A DNA stretch of 64,000 nt from Acidimicrobiia bacterium (GCA_043720395.1 JAYSSR010000038.1:5689-69688), one strand, 5' to 3'. Counted from the stretch's first letter, positions 9,688-18,593 are shown. Program-made: numbers and translations. The notes: a model not told the origin generated them from the sequence alone.

Positions 9688-11478
9688 ATGCACGTCATCG
9701 CAACCGCGGGTCACGTCGACCATGGAAAGTCCACCCTCGTACTCACCCTCACCGGAACCGACCCCGACCGCTGGACGGAGGAAAAGGTGCGCGGGCTTAC
9801 GATTGACCTCGGGTTTGCGCACCGGACGCTGCCCTCGGGTGCCGACGTCAGCTTCGTCGACGTTCCCGGCCACATCCGCTTCCTCAAGAACATGCTCGCG
9901 GGAGTCGGCGGGGTCGACGCCTGCCTCTTCGTTGTCGCCGCGACCGAGGGCTGGAAACCGCAGTCCGAAGAGCACCTGCGGATCCTTGAGCTTCTCGGCA
10001 TTCGACACGGCGTGATCGCGCTCACCAAGGTCGGCCTCGTCGACGAGGAGTGGGCCGAGCTTGCCCGCCTCGACGTGGAAGACCACGTTGCCGGGACGTT
10101 CCTCTACGACGCTCCCATTGTGGCCGTCGACGCACCGACCGGACGCGGGATCGACGACCTGGTCCTCGCCCTCGAAGCACTCGTGACGGCAACGCCAGCG
10201 GCAGTCGACCGGGGTCGGCCGAGGTTGTGGATTGATCGTGTCTTCTCGGCGAAGGGGGCCGGAACGATCGTGACGGGCACGCTGACGGGGGGATCGCTGC
10301 GTGTCGACGCGACGGTCGATATCGTCCGGGCTGGATCGACTGGGAATCACTCTGCGTTGACCGCTCGAATACGTGGCCTGCAGACCCATGGTCGTTCGGT
10401 CGTAGCGGTGGGTCCGGGCAATCGGGTCGCGGTGAACCTGGCGGGCGTTGCACACGACGAACTGAGCCGGGGCGACGCGCTCGTAGAACCGTCGCGCTGG
10501 CACCGCACGACCCGCTTCGACGCGTCACTCACCACGTTGACGGCGATCAATCACGAGGTCTCGCGACGCGGTGCCTACGCCTGCTACATCGGCTCCGGTG
10601 AACATCGCGTGAAGGTACGCATCCTCGGAGCGACTGGCATTGGTCCCGGAGAAGCTGGGCTCGTCCGCCTCCATCTTCGCAACCCACTTCCCCTGGTTCC
10701 GGGTGACCGATTCATTCTCCGAGACGACGGGCGGGAGGAGACGGTCGGCGGCGGTGAAGTTCTCGATATTGACCCTCGTCGGCCAGCGAGCAGGGCAGTG
10801 CCGGATCGATCGCCGGAGCGCGTCGTGCACGAACGTGGCGTCGTTGCGCTCGACCTGCTCGACCGGCTGATCGGGCAGCCGTGGACCGGACCCGTCATCG
10901 GTGGACGCTGGGCCATCACCGCACCCGACCTCGACGATCTGCGCTCGTCGTTGTTCGTCCGGGTCGAGCAAGCCGGGACCCATGGCCTCGACGTAGCAGC
11001 GCTTTCCGAAGCCCAAAGGGCGGTCCTCGAAGAATTGGCGAGTGAGCCGACCGAGACCGGGAATGTCATCGCAATTGACGGGGGACGAGCGACGATCGGA
11101 GTCGCTCACGACGCGCTCGCCGACCATCGTTTCGTTGGTGCACTCGCGGCCGGTCGCTTCAGCCCACCGGACCCCGCCGGGGTCGATCGCGGAGTTCTGC
11201 GCGAACTCGTGCGCAAGGGTTACGTGGTGGAGCAGGACGGCGTCTACTTCGCTCCGTCCGCGGTTGACGATGCCTGCGTCCTGATTGCGGCGCTACTCGA
11301 CGGAGACGACGGACAAGCGGGCGTCACCGTGGCCGACATACGCGATGCTCTCGGAAACACCCGCAAACACGTGCTTCCGCTGCTGGCCCACCTCGACGCC
11401 ACGGGACGGACACGGCGGCGAGGGGACCTCAGAATCGCCGGTCCGCGGCTGCTACCGGCCGCCGAGCGACCCGAATAG
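9688..11478 (+). CDS. selB: Selenocysteine-specific translation elongation factor
   Basis: N-terminal GTPase motifs AGHVDHGKSTL, RGLTIDLGF and DVPGH, followed by EF-Tu-like domains and a long C-terminal extension typical of SelB. Lies 7 nt after the selA stop. Confidence 0.85.
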   Translation: MHVIATAGHVDHGKSTLVLTLTGTDPDRWTEEKVRGLTIDLGFAHRTLPSGADVSFVDVPGHIRFLKNMLAGVGGVDACLFVVAATEGWKPQSEEHLRILELLGIRHGVIALTKVGLVDEEWAELARLDVEDHVAGTFLYDAPIVAVDAPTGRGIDDLVLALEALVTATPAAVDRGRPRLWIDRVFSAKGAGTIVTGTLTGGSLRVDATVDIVRAGSTGNHSALTARIRGLQTHGRSVVAVGPGNRVAVNLAGVAHDELSRGDALVEPSRWHRTTRFDASLTTLTAINHEVSRRGAYACYIGSGEHRVKVRILGATGIGPGEAGLVRLHLRNPLPLVPGDRFILRDDGREETVGGGEVLDIDPRRPASRAVPDRSPERVVHERGVVALDLLDRLIGQPWTGPVIGGRWAITAPDLDDLRSSLFVRVEQAGTHGLDVAALSEAQRAVLEELASEPTETGNVIAIDGGRATIGVAHDALADHRFVGALAAGRFSPPDPAGVDRGVLRELVRKGYVVEQDGVYFAPSAVDDACVLIAALLDGDDGQAGVTVADIRDALGNTRKHVLPLLAHLDATGRTRRRGDLRIAGPRLLPAAERPE

Positions 11479-11485
11479 GTCGAGC

Positions 11486-11746
11486 TCAGACGGCCTGCCT
11501 GGCGAACACCAGGCGACGCTCCATCTCGTTCAGCCCGCCCCAGATGCCATGCGGCTCACGTATCTGTACGGCGTAGTCGAGACAGTCGCGACGGACGCTG
11601 CAAGTGGCACAGATCGCCTTGGCGTTTGCCTCCCGCAGATCCTTCTCATCTCGGCGCTCGAAGTGTGACGGCGGAAAGAACATGGCCGACTGCGGCCCTC
11701 GACAGGCGGCGTTCGCCTGCCAAGCTTGCATTGTTCGTGTTCCCAT
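11486..11746 (-). CDS. WhiB-family (Wbl) Fe-S transcriptional regulator
   Basis: Four Cys (C...CATCSVRRDC) and the GIWGG turn motif, followed by a basic tail. 86 aa. Confidence 0.9.
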   Translation of the reverse strand: MGTRTMQAWQANAACRGPQSAMFFPPSHFERRDEKDLREANAKAICATCSVRRDCLDYAVQIREPHGIWGGLNEMERRLVFARQAV

Positions 11747-12094
11747 GACGACCCCCCAGGTTGAATCACTGTCGGGAGCAGTTCACCACGGTGTGACGCA
11801 GAACACAACCCCAATGTGACGAGCGGCACAGCTCGCCCGACAGTCCATATGGTTGCATAGATATGCTGTCAGACGTATACTAGGGTGGTGCGATGGAACT
11901 TCGAGCATTCGTGAGGCCGAGGCAGCAGTCGATCAGCTCATCCGTCAACGACCCACCAGCCCGAAGGAGTAAGCCACGACGAGTACGTCGTCGGCCTGAT
12001 CGGTTTTGGTCACAGCGAGCCCTGCGAGGGTCCGCGCCCCACTCACTTCGGTGTCGTCGTCGCGGGTGAACATGTCGTCGGTGAGGGCGACGAG

Positions 12095-12370
12095 TTGGTC
12101 GTGGAAGCCGCCGACAAGGTCTACAAGGAACGCCTCGCCGATCTCCGTCGCGCTACGGGGCTGACCCAGACCGAGGTCGCCCACCACATGGGTGTCTCCC
12201 AGTCAGGCGTCGCCGCCATCGAGTCTCCGACCGACGTCCGGCTCTCCACCCTCGCCCGCTACCTCGACGCCATCGGCGGACACGGTGAACTCGTCGTTGA
12301 GTTCCCCGACCACACCCGCCTCACCATCGGCCTCGCACAACTCGTCCCCGACCGGCAGCAAGCGAGCTGA
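12095..12370 (+). CDS. XRE-family helix-turn-helix protein (antitoxin-like)
   Basis: LRRATGLTQTEVAHHMGVSQSGVAAIE is a classic XRE HTH, and the C-terminal part (RLSTLARYLDAIGGHGELVVEF) is typical of small actinobacterial XRE proteins. The TTG at 12095 is the first in-frame start. Coding-like codon bias continues upstream to about 11960. Confidence 0.7.
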   Translation: MVVEAADKVYKERLADLRRATGLTQTEVAHHMGVSQSGVAAIESPTDVRLSTLARYLDAIGGHGELVVEFPDHTRLTIGLAQLVPDRQQAS

Positions 12371-12389
12371 CGATACGGAGCGACGACTA

Positions 12390-13055
12390 ATGAAAGGGCC
12401 ACGTGACTACAGCGCAGGAACGAGAGCTGCGCTAGTCGCCTTCTCGAGAGGCACGTGCTACTACCCGGACTGTGAGGCTCCGCTTGTCGTGTTCGTCGAC
12501 AACGAGCCGATTGTCAACTACGAGATCGCCCACATTCGCGACGCCAAACCAGGCAATCGGTACGACCCCAGGATGACCGATGTCGAACGGAGCGCGTTCG
12601 CCAACCTCGTCCTGCTGTGCCCCGTCCATCACAAAGTCGTCGACAAGATTCACCCTGAACAGTTCTCGATCGAGGAACTCACCTCGTGGAAGCAGGATAG
12701 AGAACCAACTGAACTCCGAGAACTCGGTGCCGATGTCCTGCCCGCCGAACAACAGCTCGAAGCGCTACTCACGATCGCGGCCGCGTCAGATCGCCGTGCG
12801 GAGCAAGTCGGCATCATCGCTGAGATAGCAAGGCTATCCACCTCGCTCGCCATCGAGGCCCGTGTACGTCGAGCCGCAGTCGAGGCGGAGATCGGACAGT
12901 GGAGAGCAGCGTGGCAGCAAACCCGAGACCGCAGTTTCGGATTGGACCGCTCAACGGGCGAGCTGGTCTACGCCGAACTACCGCGCGGTATCACGGATGA
13001 ACACCGCGCTCGTGTCGCCGCGGCGCTCAGCGAAGCCTCGACAGCGGTCGACTGA
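12390..13055 (+). CDS. HNH endonuclease-domain protein with coiled-coil C-terminal half
   Basis: CYYPDCEAP...YEIAHIRD...NLVLLCPVHHKVVD (HNH/His-Me finger pattern). I used the ATG at 12390; the track start at 12192 overlaps the XRE gene. Confidence 0.7.
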   Translation: MKGPRDYSAGTRAALVAFSRGTCYYPDCEAPLVVFVDNEPIVNYEIAHIRDAKPGNRYDPRMTDVERSAFANLVLLCPVHHKVVDKIHPEQFSIEELTSWKQDREPTELRELGADVLPAEQQLEALLTIAAASDRRAEQVGIIAEIARLSTSLAIEARVRRAAVEAEIGQWRAAWQQTRDRSFGLDRSTGELVYAELPRGITDEHRARVAAALSEASTAVD

Positions 13056-13240
13056 GCTCACGGCCAGTTCGAGCCGAGCTCGCCGCCCTTCGCGCCGTAA
13101 CCCCGGACAGTGCGCCATGGTGCGACGAGGTCGAACGCCTCGCCGCCGAGCTCGCCGATGCCTCGTCACGATGGCCAACTCCGCCGCCGTTCGAGGACGG
13201 ACACGAGTTCGAAGACGCCGTCGGCGCCCTCCGGCCCGCG

Positions 13241-14104
13241 GTGGAAGCTGTCACAGCGCACGCTCGGGGGGAGTCGGTTCCAACGCCACCGTCGCCTCCG
13301 AAGAAAAACACGGAGCCGATCGAGACGCCCGAACAAATCGAGTTACGCCAGCATCGAGCGCTGTGTGACGACACGGCCAGATACCTCCGAGCCCAGGAAC
13401 TCCCCTACGACCGCCAGCTGGCAGATCGTTTGATCGACAGCACGTCGATCGCAGCGATGTTGCCGCCCGTTATCAGCTTCATCCCCTACGACCTCGACGC
13501 GGTTGCGATGCGCGTCGCCGCCGTCGCGCGTAACGCGACCACTGAGCAACTCAGTGAGCTGACCGAGAAATGCGTCGCGCTGTCGCCCGAGATCGCAGCA
13601 GCGATGCTGTTCCGTCTTGCGCACCAGCAAACCGAGAACGGTTCGACTTTCGAGGGGTCCGCGGTGGACGAAGCGCTTATCGCTTTGGGCGCTCTGGACC
13701 TGTCCACCGCTGACACTTGGCACCGTCTTGCGGGATGCGGGCGACACGTAATCAGTGTCCAAGCGACCCTGACGTCCGAAGCCGAAGCGCGGGGTCGGAT
13801 CGCCACCGCCTTAGCCGCACATCCCGAGTACATCGGCTTGATACTCGGCGCGTTCGCTGAGTGGGTCGAGCAGCGAGACAGCTTTGGGAGCTACGGCCTG
13901 CTCGGCTTCACGCGCCGCTACACCTCAGTTCCACCTTGGCTTCCCGCCACAGAGATCGAGGCGGCAATTCGAACCCACTGGCCCGACTTGCAACCCGATC
14001 GACAACATTTCGCCACCACCGACAATCCAGAGGTCCTGGCCGGCCAGTTCCTTTTCGCGCTCCCGTGCACCCGACCGACTGGTGCCGGAGGGGAACGCGA
14101 ATGA
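13241..14104 (+). CDS. Hypothetical protein (mostly alpha-helical by composition; no family recognised)
   Basis: Long ORF with good third-position GC bias. The first canonical start is GTG at 13241, but the coding-like signal in this frame extends upstream to about 13065 (see findings). Confidence 0.5.
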   Translation: MEAVTAHARGESVPTPPSPPKKNTEPIETPEQIELRQHRALCDDTARYLRAQELPYDRQLADRLIDSTSIAAMLPPVISFIPYDLDAVAMRVAAVARNATTEQLSELTEKCVALSPEIAAAMLFRLAHQQTENGSTFEGSAVDEALIALGALDLSTADTWHRLAGCGRHVISVQATLTSEAEARGRIATALAAHPEYIGLILGAFAEWVEQRDSFGSYGLLGFTRRYTSVPPWLPATEIEAAIRTHWPDLQPDRQHFATTDNPEVLAGQFLFALPCTRPTGAGGERE

Positions 14105-14187
14105 GCGTGCCAGCCCGAGTTGCCGCCGGACGGGTGACAACGAACACGACACGATCGACTCACGACGAACCGGTGACAGCTGCGCGC

Positions 14188-15477
14188 TCAGTGCCCCGCG
14201 TCCTTCGCGCCGCCTTCGAGCGGCTCGACCTCCAGCAGCAATCCATCGATCGACACGACGCGAATCGACGCGCCCGCACTGATCGGCGTCGCACGGTTCG
14301 TGCGGGCCCTCCACGGCGCGCCGAGCACCGTCACGACGCCGTCGGGGTTGACGGCGTCACGTGCCACTCCCACTTCGCCGATCATCGACTCCCGGCCAAC
14401 GGTCGGTGTCGCGAACCGGGTCCTGACCATCGTGGGCATGCCGTTGACCATGAAGAGCACCACCATCACGGTCACGACAGCGATGATGAACCAGGGGACC
14501 CGAACATCGCCTGAATACAACAGAAGCGAACCGACAACGAATGAGACGGCACCGACGGCGGTCCAGAACCGCGGGGTCCCTGCCTGCACATCGATCGCGA
14601 ACCCGAGGATCGCGACCATCAGCAACGCAAGACCGGCCGGGCTGGTCGGGAGCGCACCGAGCCCGGCGACCGACAGCGCAAATGCCCCGAGACCGACCGC
14701 AGCAGCCACTCCGACGCCACCCGTGAAGAACTCGAACACGAACAGCGACAACGCGATCACGAAGAGCAGATACGCCACCGAGGGGCTGGCGGCGGTGTGC
14801 ACGAGCCGCGGGAGAAGCGCCAGCTTGGCGAAGCGAACGCCGTTGAGGGTGCTCAGCTGGCGCCCGTCGACCACCTCCGCAGCTTTGGCAGTGTCGAGCC
14901 GGTGTCCATCGATCGTTCGGCCATCAAGCTGGCCAACAAAGTCGGGAAGCACGGGTGCGTCGATCGTGAACAGATCGGCCGCCTTGGCCTGGCGGAAGTC
15001 GTAGACCCGACCGACTAGTGGATCGGTTGATCCGTCGGCCGGAGGAGTTGCATTCCCGATACGGGCCAAGCGAGCGAGTCCGGTGATGTCCGCCGCGGCA
15101 AAGAGGCGCATCACTCCACCTTTCGCACGGGGTTTCGGACCGCCACCGACCCAAACCGCGATTGGGATGCGATGGTCGGCGCGAATTTTTGCCTCGAAGT
15201 CGGACAATTCAGCCTTCGACAGCAGCGAACCCGGACTATCGAGCTGCACCACGAGCGCTTCTGCACCGTCTGCCACCGCGTGGTCGATTGAGTCGAGAAC
15301 AAAGTCCCGCATGACCGGATCGAGGTAACCGGTGACCTCGATCACGTTCACGAACCCGTCACCTTCTTTCGCTGAAGCTCCCGGTGTCGTAGCAAACGCA
15401 CCGATAGCAACGATCAGGAGGAGCACAAGACGCCCAAAGCGCGTCAAGGAAATGGGCGAGCGGAAGTACGGAGGCAT
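14188..15477 (-). CDS. NfeD-family membrane-bound serine protease (ClpP-class N-domain + C-terminal NfeD OB domain)
   Basis: Signal/TM segment, then VIEVTGYLDPVMRDFVLDSIDHAVADGAEALVVQLDSPGS, multiple TM helices, and a C-terminal VVTVLGAPWRARTN...IRVVSIDGLLLEVEP. I chose the ATG at 15477; the 648-aa track ORF extends antisense into the ArsA-like gene. Confidence 0.8.
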   Translation of the reverse strand: MPPYFRSPISLTRFGRLVLLLIVAIGAFATTPGASAKEGDGFVNVIEVTGYLDPVMRDFVLDSIDHAVADGAEALVVQLDSPGSLLSKAELSDFEAKIRADHRIPIAVWVGGGPKPRAKGGVMRLFAAADITGLARLARIGNATPPADGSTDPLVGRVYDFRQAKAADLFTIDAPVLPDFVGQLDGRTIDGHRLDTAKAAEVVDGRQLSTLNGVRFAKLALLPRLVHTAASPSVAYLLFVIALSLFVFEFFTGGVGVAAAVGLGAFALSVAGLGALPTSPAGLALLMVAILGFAIDVQAGTPRFWTAVGAVSFVVGSLLLYSGDVRVPWFIIAVVTVMVVLFMVNGMPTMVRTRFATPTVGRESMIGEVGVARDAVNPDGVVTVLGAPWRARTNRATPISAGASIRVVSIDGLLLEVEPLEGGAKDAGH

Positions 15478-15576
15478 CGTGGTTTTCGTGTTGCCGACGA
15501 GCGGACGCTGGCGGAAGGACACAAATCGTACTCCCCGATTTTTCGGGCGTTCTTTCCGGCCGATCGAGCGGCAAGG

Positions 15577-16575
15577 ATGGGCGGCGTGAGTGGAGCAGGC
15601 AAACGACGTGCGACGGAGACCGTCGACGATGCCCTCCGCGAACTCCAGCTGATCATCGTGGTCGGTAAGGGTGGCGTCGGTCGCACAACGGTGGCTGCTT
15701 CGCTGGCTCGACGCGCAGTGGACCTCGGGCGTCGAGTGCTGGTCGTCGACATCGAGGGCAAGCACGAACTCGCACGGTTGAGCGGAGGACACCGGCTCAC
15801 GGCGCGTCCGACACCCCAGACCGACGGCGGCGGCCGAGCGTCCGTCGATGCGTGCACCGTCGCACCAGACACCGCACTCGTCGAGTACCTCGATGACCAT
15901 GGCATGCGTCAGATCTCGAAACGGCTGGTCGCGACGGGTGCCGTCGAGGTGATCGCGACCGCCGCGCCGGGCATCAAAGACCTCCTCGTGCTCGGACGCA
16001 TCAAGGCGCTCGTGAACGCGGGCGACCACGATCTTGTGATCGTCGATACCCCGGCGAGCGGACATGCGGTGAGCTTTCTGCTCGGGCCGCGCGTCCTTGC
16101 AGACATGGTGAACAGCGGGAGCATTCGCCGCCAAGCCGACGAGGTCATGCAGGTCCTGCTCGCTCCGACGTCCAAGGTGGTTCTGGTGACGCTACCCGAG
16201 GAGACGCCCGTCAACGAGGCGGTGGAGACGGCAACGGCTCTGCGCAACCGCGTCGGTGTCGACATTGCGTGCGTCGTCGTGAACGGCGTGCTCGACAACG
16301 TCCCGAATGCCCCGGCCGAATTGCTCGCCGACCTTAGCGAGGAAGAACGAACTGCCCTCTCGGCATCGCTCACGTTCGCACGTTCTCGTTTGGGCCGACA
16401 ACGAGAGCAGATTCGCAGCCTGGAACGGTCGCTCACGCTGCCCCAGGTCCGACTCCCGCTCCTTCCGACGACCTCCCTCGGACCGGCAGACATCGACCAC
16501 TTGGCCGCCCTTCTCGGCGAGGCACGCATTGCGGGCTCGGGCCCGGTCGCGGGCCCGGTCCCGAGCACGACATGA
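15577..16575 (+). CDS. ArsA/Get3-like P-loop ATPase (ParA/MinD superfamily), paralogue 1
   Basis: Deviant Walker A VVGKGGVGRTT. ArsA-like architecture. Overlaps the start of paralogue 2 by 4 nt. Confidence 0.8.
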   Translation: MGGVSGAGKRRATETVDDALRELQLIIVVGKGGVGRTTVAASLARRAVDLGRRVLVVDIEGKHELARLSGGHRLTARPTPQTDGGGRASVDACTVAPDTALVEYLDDHGMRQISKRLVATGAVEVIATAAPGIKDLLVLGRIKALVNAGDHDLVIVDTPASGHAVSFLLGPRVLADMVNSGSIRRQADEVMQVLLAPTSKVVLVTLPEETPVNEAVETATALRNRVGVDIACVVVNGVLDNVPNAPAELLADLSEEERTALSASLTFARSRLGRQREQIRSLERSLTLPQVRLPLLPTTSLGPADIDHLAALLGEARIAGSGPVAGPVPSTT

Positions 16576-17654
16576 CCATCGTCGATGAGTTGCTCGACCG
16601 CCGCGTGGTTCTCTGCACGGGACCAGGTGGCGTGGGAAAGACCACAACCGCAGCGGCGTTGGCCGTTGCGCTGGCCGAACGGGGGCGTCGGGTCGCTCTC
16701 ATCACCGTTGACCCGGCCCGACGACTCGCCGACGCACTGGGCCTCGCGTCGCTCGCCAATCATCCGACGCTGGTTGCGCTGCCGCGAACGGTCTCCGGCT
16801 CGATGCATGCCCTCATGCTCGACCCCCAAGCGACCTTCGACGACCTCGTCCGCCACCATGCGCCTTCTCCCGAACGGGCCGAACGAATCCTCGCCAACCG
16901 CTACTACCGAAACATCGCCGGAGCACTCGGTGGGACGCAGGAGTACATGGCGATGGAAAAGCTCCATCAACTCGTGCACGACCCACGCGGCCAGTACGGA
17001 GAGGAGATCGCACCGTTCGACTGCCTGGTCGTGGATACCCCTCCCACGGCAAATGCGCTTGACCTGCTCAGTGCCCCCGAACGCCTTGTTCGGCTGCTGG
17101 ATAATCGCTTCTTCCAGGCGATGATGCTGCCCGCGCGTGGCGGTCTTCGCGTGATGGGATTCGCAACCCAGACAGTGCTTCGGGTACTCGGCAAGGTCAT
17201 CGGAGGTGAAGTCCTGGCCGATGCCGTGGCTTTCTTCCAGGCCTTTGAGGGGATGGAGCCCGGCTTTCGTCAACGTGCAGCGTCCGTTTCGTCGCTCCTG
17301 CGAGCACTGGAAACGGCATGGGTCGTGGTGACGTCGCCGCGCGACGAATCCGTCGCCGAAGCCATTGCGCTCGTGAAGGTCCTCGGTTCGGATGGTGTCG
17401 ACGTGATTGGTGCCATCGCGAACCGGGTGCAGCCGACGTTCTCACCGCTACCGGTCCCCGCACTCGTGTCGCCGGGGCTGCGCCCGGCGGTGCTACGAGC
17501 CATTTCGGCGAACGACCTCGCCGACGCCAACCAGCGATCACTCGCTCCGTTGCGCTCGCTGCTCGGCACGGCCCAAGTGCATGAGGTTGCGCTGCGCCCG
17601 GCCGACGTTCACGACCTGACTGGGATCCGCGACCTCGCTTCGTCGTTGGCCTGA
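16572..17654 (+). CDS. ArsA/Get3-like P-loop ATPase, paralogue 2
   Basis: CTGPGGVGKTTTAAALA and ITVDPARRLADALGL, both typical of ArsA-family ATPases. Confidence 0.85.
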   Translation: MTIVDELLDRRVVLCTGPGGVGKTTTAAALAVALAERGRRVALITVDPARRLADALGLASLANHPTLVALPRTVSGSMHALMLDPQATFDDLVRHHAPSPERAERILANRYYRNIAGALGGTQEYMAMEKLHQLVHDPRGQYGEEIAPFDCLVVDTPPTANALDLLSAPERLVRLLDNRFFQAMMLPARGGLRVMGFATQTVLRVLGKVIGGEVLADAVAFFQAFEGMEPGFRQRAASVSSLLRALETAWVVVTSPRDESVAEAIALVKVLGSDGVDVIGAIANRVQPTFSPLPVPALVSPGLRPAVLRAISANDLADANQRSLAPLRSLLGTAQVHEVALRPADVHDLTGIRDLASSLA

Positions 17655-17693
17655 GCTGTCGGCGAATCGCTTTGCGGAGCTAACCTTTCCGCC

Positions 17694-18134
17694 GTGCCGC
17701 ACGTCCTGATCGCAAGCGATGCCACCTGGGTCCACGAGGAGATTCGAGCTGCATTGAGCGCCGACACCACCGTTACGTCGGTGCACAACGGGCGGGCGGT
17801 CACCTCGGCTGTCAAGACGAACACGCCGGACCTGGTCGTACTCGACTCACAAATCGCCGCAATGGGGGCCTACGCCGTCACGCTTGAGCTGCACAACGAA
17901 GAGTCGGGCGGACGCCTTCCACACGTACCGGTGCTCGTGCTGCTCGACCGTCAGGCCGACGTGTTCCTCGCTCGCAACTCGGGAGCGGAGGGCTGGCTCG
18001 TGAAACCACTCGAACCGCTCCGCGTCCGACGCGCAGTCAACGAATTACTCGCCGGTAACAACTTCGCCGACCGCGTCCAAACCGGCGACGCCAGCACGAA
18101 TTACCGGCCGACGCCCGACGCAACCGCTCGCTGA
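17694..18134 (+). CDS. Stand-alone response-regulator receiver (CheY-like) domain protein
   Basis: LIASD...DLVVLDSQI (candidate phospho-acceptor Asp)...VLVLLD...WLVKP (conserved Lys-Pro). No output domain, and no kinase gene in the window. Confidence 0.65.
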   Translation: MPHVLIASDATWVHEEIRAALSADTTVTSVHNGRAVTSAVKTNTPDLVVLDSQIAAMGAYAVTLELHNEESGGRLPHVPVLVLLDRQADVFLARNSGAEGWLVKPLEPLRVRRAVNELLAGNNFADRVQTGDASTNYRPTPDATAR

Positions 18135-18197
18135 CCAGACCACGGAATTTCGCCCACCGGTCTGCGTGGGCGCGGCTACGATCTTTTGCCGCAGCAT

Positions 18198-18274
18198 CGG
18201 GATGTAGCGCAGCTTGGTAGCGCGCCACGTTCGGGACGTGGAGGCCGGGGGTTCAAGTCCCCCCATCCCGACCA
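18198..18274 (+). tRNA. tRNA-Pro (anticodon CGG), CCA encoded
   Basis: Hand-folded cloverleaf. Acceptor CGGGATG/CATCCCG, D-stem GCGC/GCGC, anticodon stem CCACG/CGTGG with loop TTCGGGA, T-arm GGGGG-TTCAAGT-CCCCC, discriminator A, then CCA. Confidence 0.9.
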
Positions 18275-18275
18275 G

Positions 18276-18315
18276 GAGCCGCTCGGACCTTCGGGTTCGG
18301 GCGGCTCAGTCATTT
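18276..18315 (+). terminator. Putative intrinsic terminator after tRNA-Pro
   Basis: GAGCCGC...GCGGCTC stem (18276-18307) enclosing a second small stem-loop (TCGGACCTTCGGGTTCGG), followed by AGTCATTTTCGG. Confidence 0.5.
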
Positions 18316-18593
18316 TCGGGCCGATGGTGGGGTCGGTCGGCGATGTAGCCGACTCGACAGCTCGCGCAACTGGCCAGTAAGAGCGACGGAAGGTTGCGAC
18401 GGAGCCGTTCTCGTACGACGACAGGCGAGAGGGCGATGTTCCGATCCGGGGCGGATCTGATCACAGAAGGGGAGCGGAGACTCGACCGTTTCGCACGTTG
18501 GGTAACATCGCGTCGCTGAGCGAGGTGATTGGTCCCAACGTCGCGGTGGGCCGCCGCTATTCGTGGTGGACGACGCCTTCTACGCTTTGGCCA

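Noticed and set aside
11945-12187. 80-aa minus-strand ORF upstream of and overlapping the XRE gene (possible toxin partner)
   Set aside because: Its 5' half is antisense to the XRE HTH, and no toxin-family motif was recognised. The plus-strand frame upstream of the XRE start looks equally coding-like, so I cannot decide what occupies 11945-12094, if anything.
11830-14187. Calling the XRE/HNH islet a mobile element
   Set aside because: I found no integrase, transposase, recombinase, flanking direct repeats or adjacent tRNA. Only its accessory-like gene content and an AT-richer border support mobility.
15478-16134. N-terminal 219 aa of the 648-aa NfeD track ORF. Similar long N-terminal extensions occur on the ORFs starting at 4382, 12192, 18498, 23021, 25445, 29384, 31899, 36071, 37489, 46115 and 62173
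   Set aside because: The extensions overlap well-supported neighbouring genes or lack coding character. Internal ATG/GTG codons positioned just after the neighbouring gene's end give proteins that begin at the expected family N-terminus or signal peptide.
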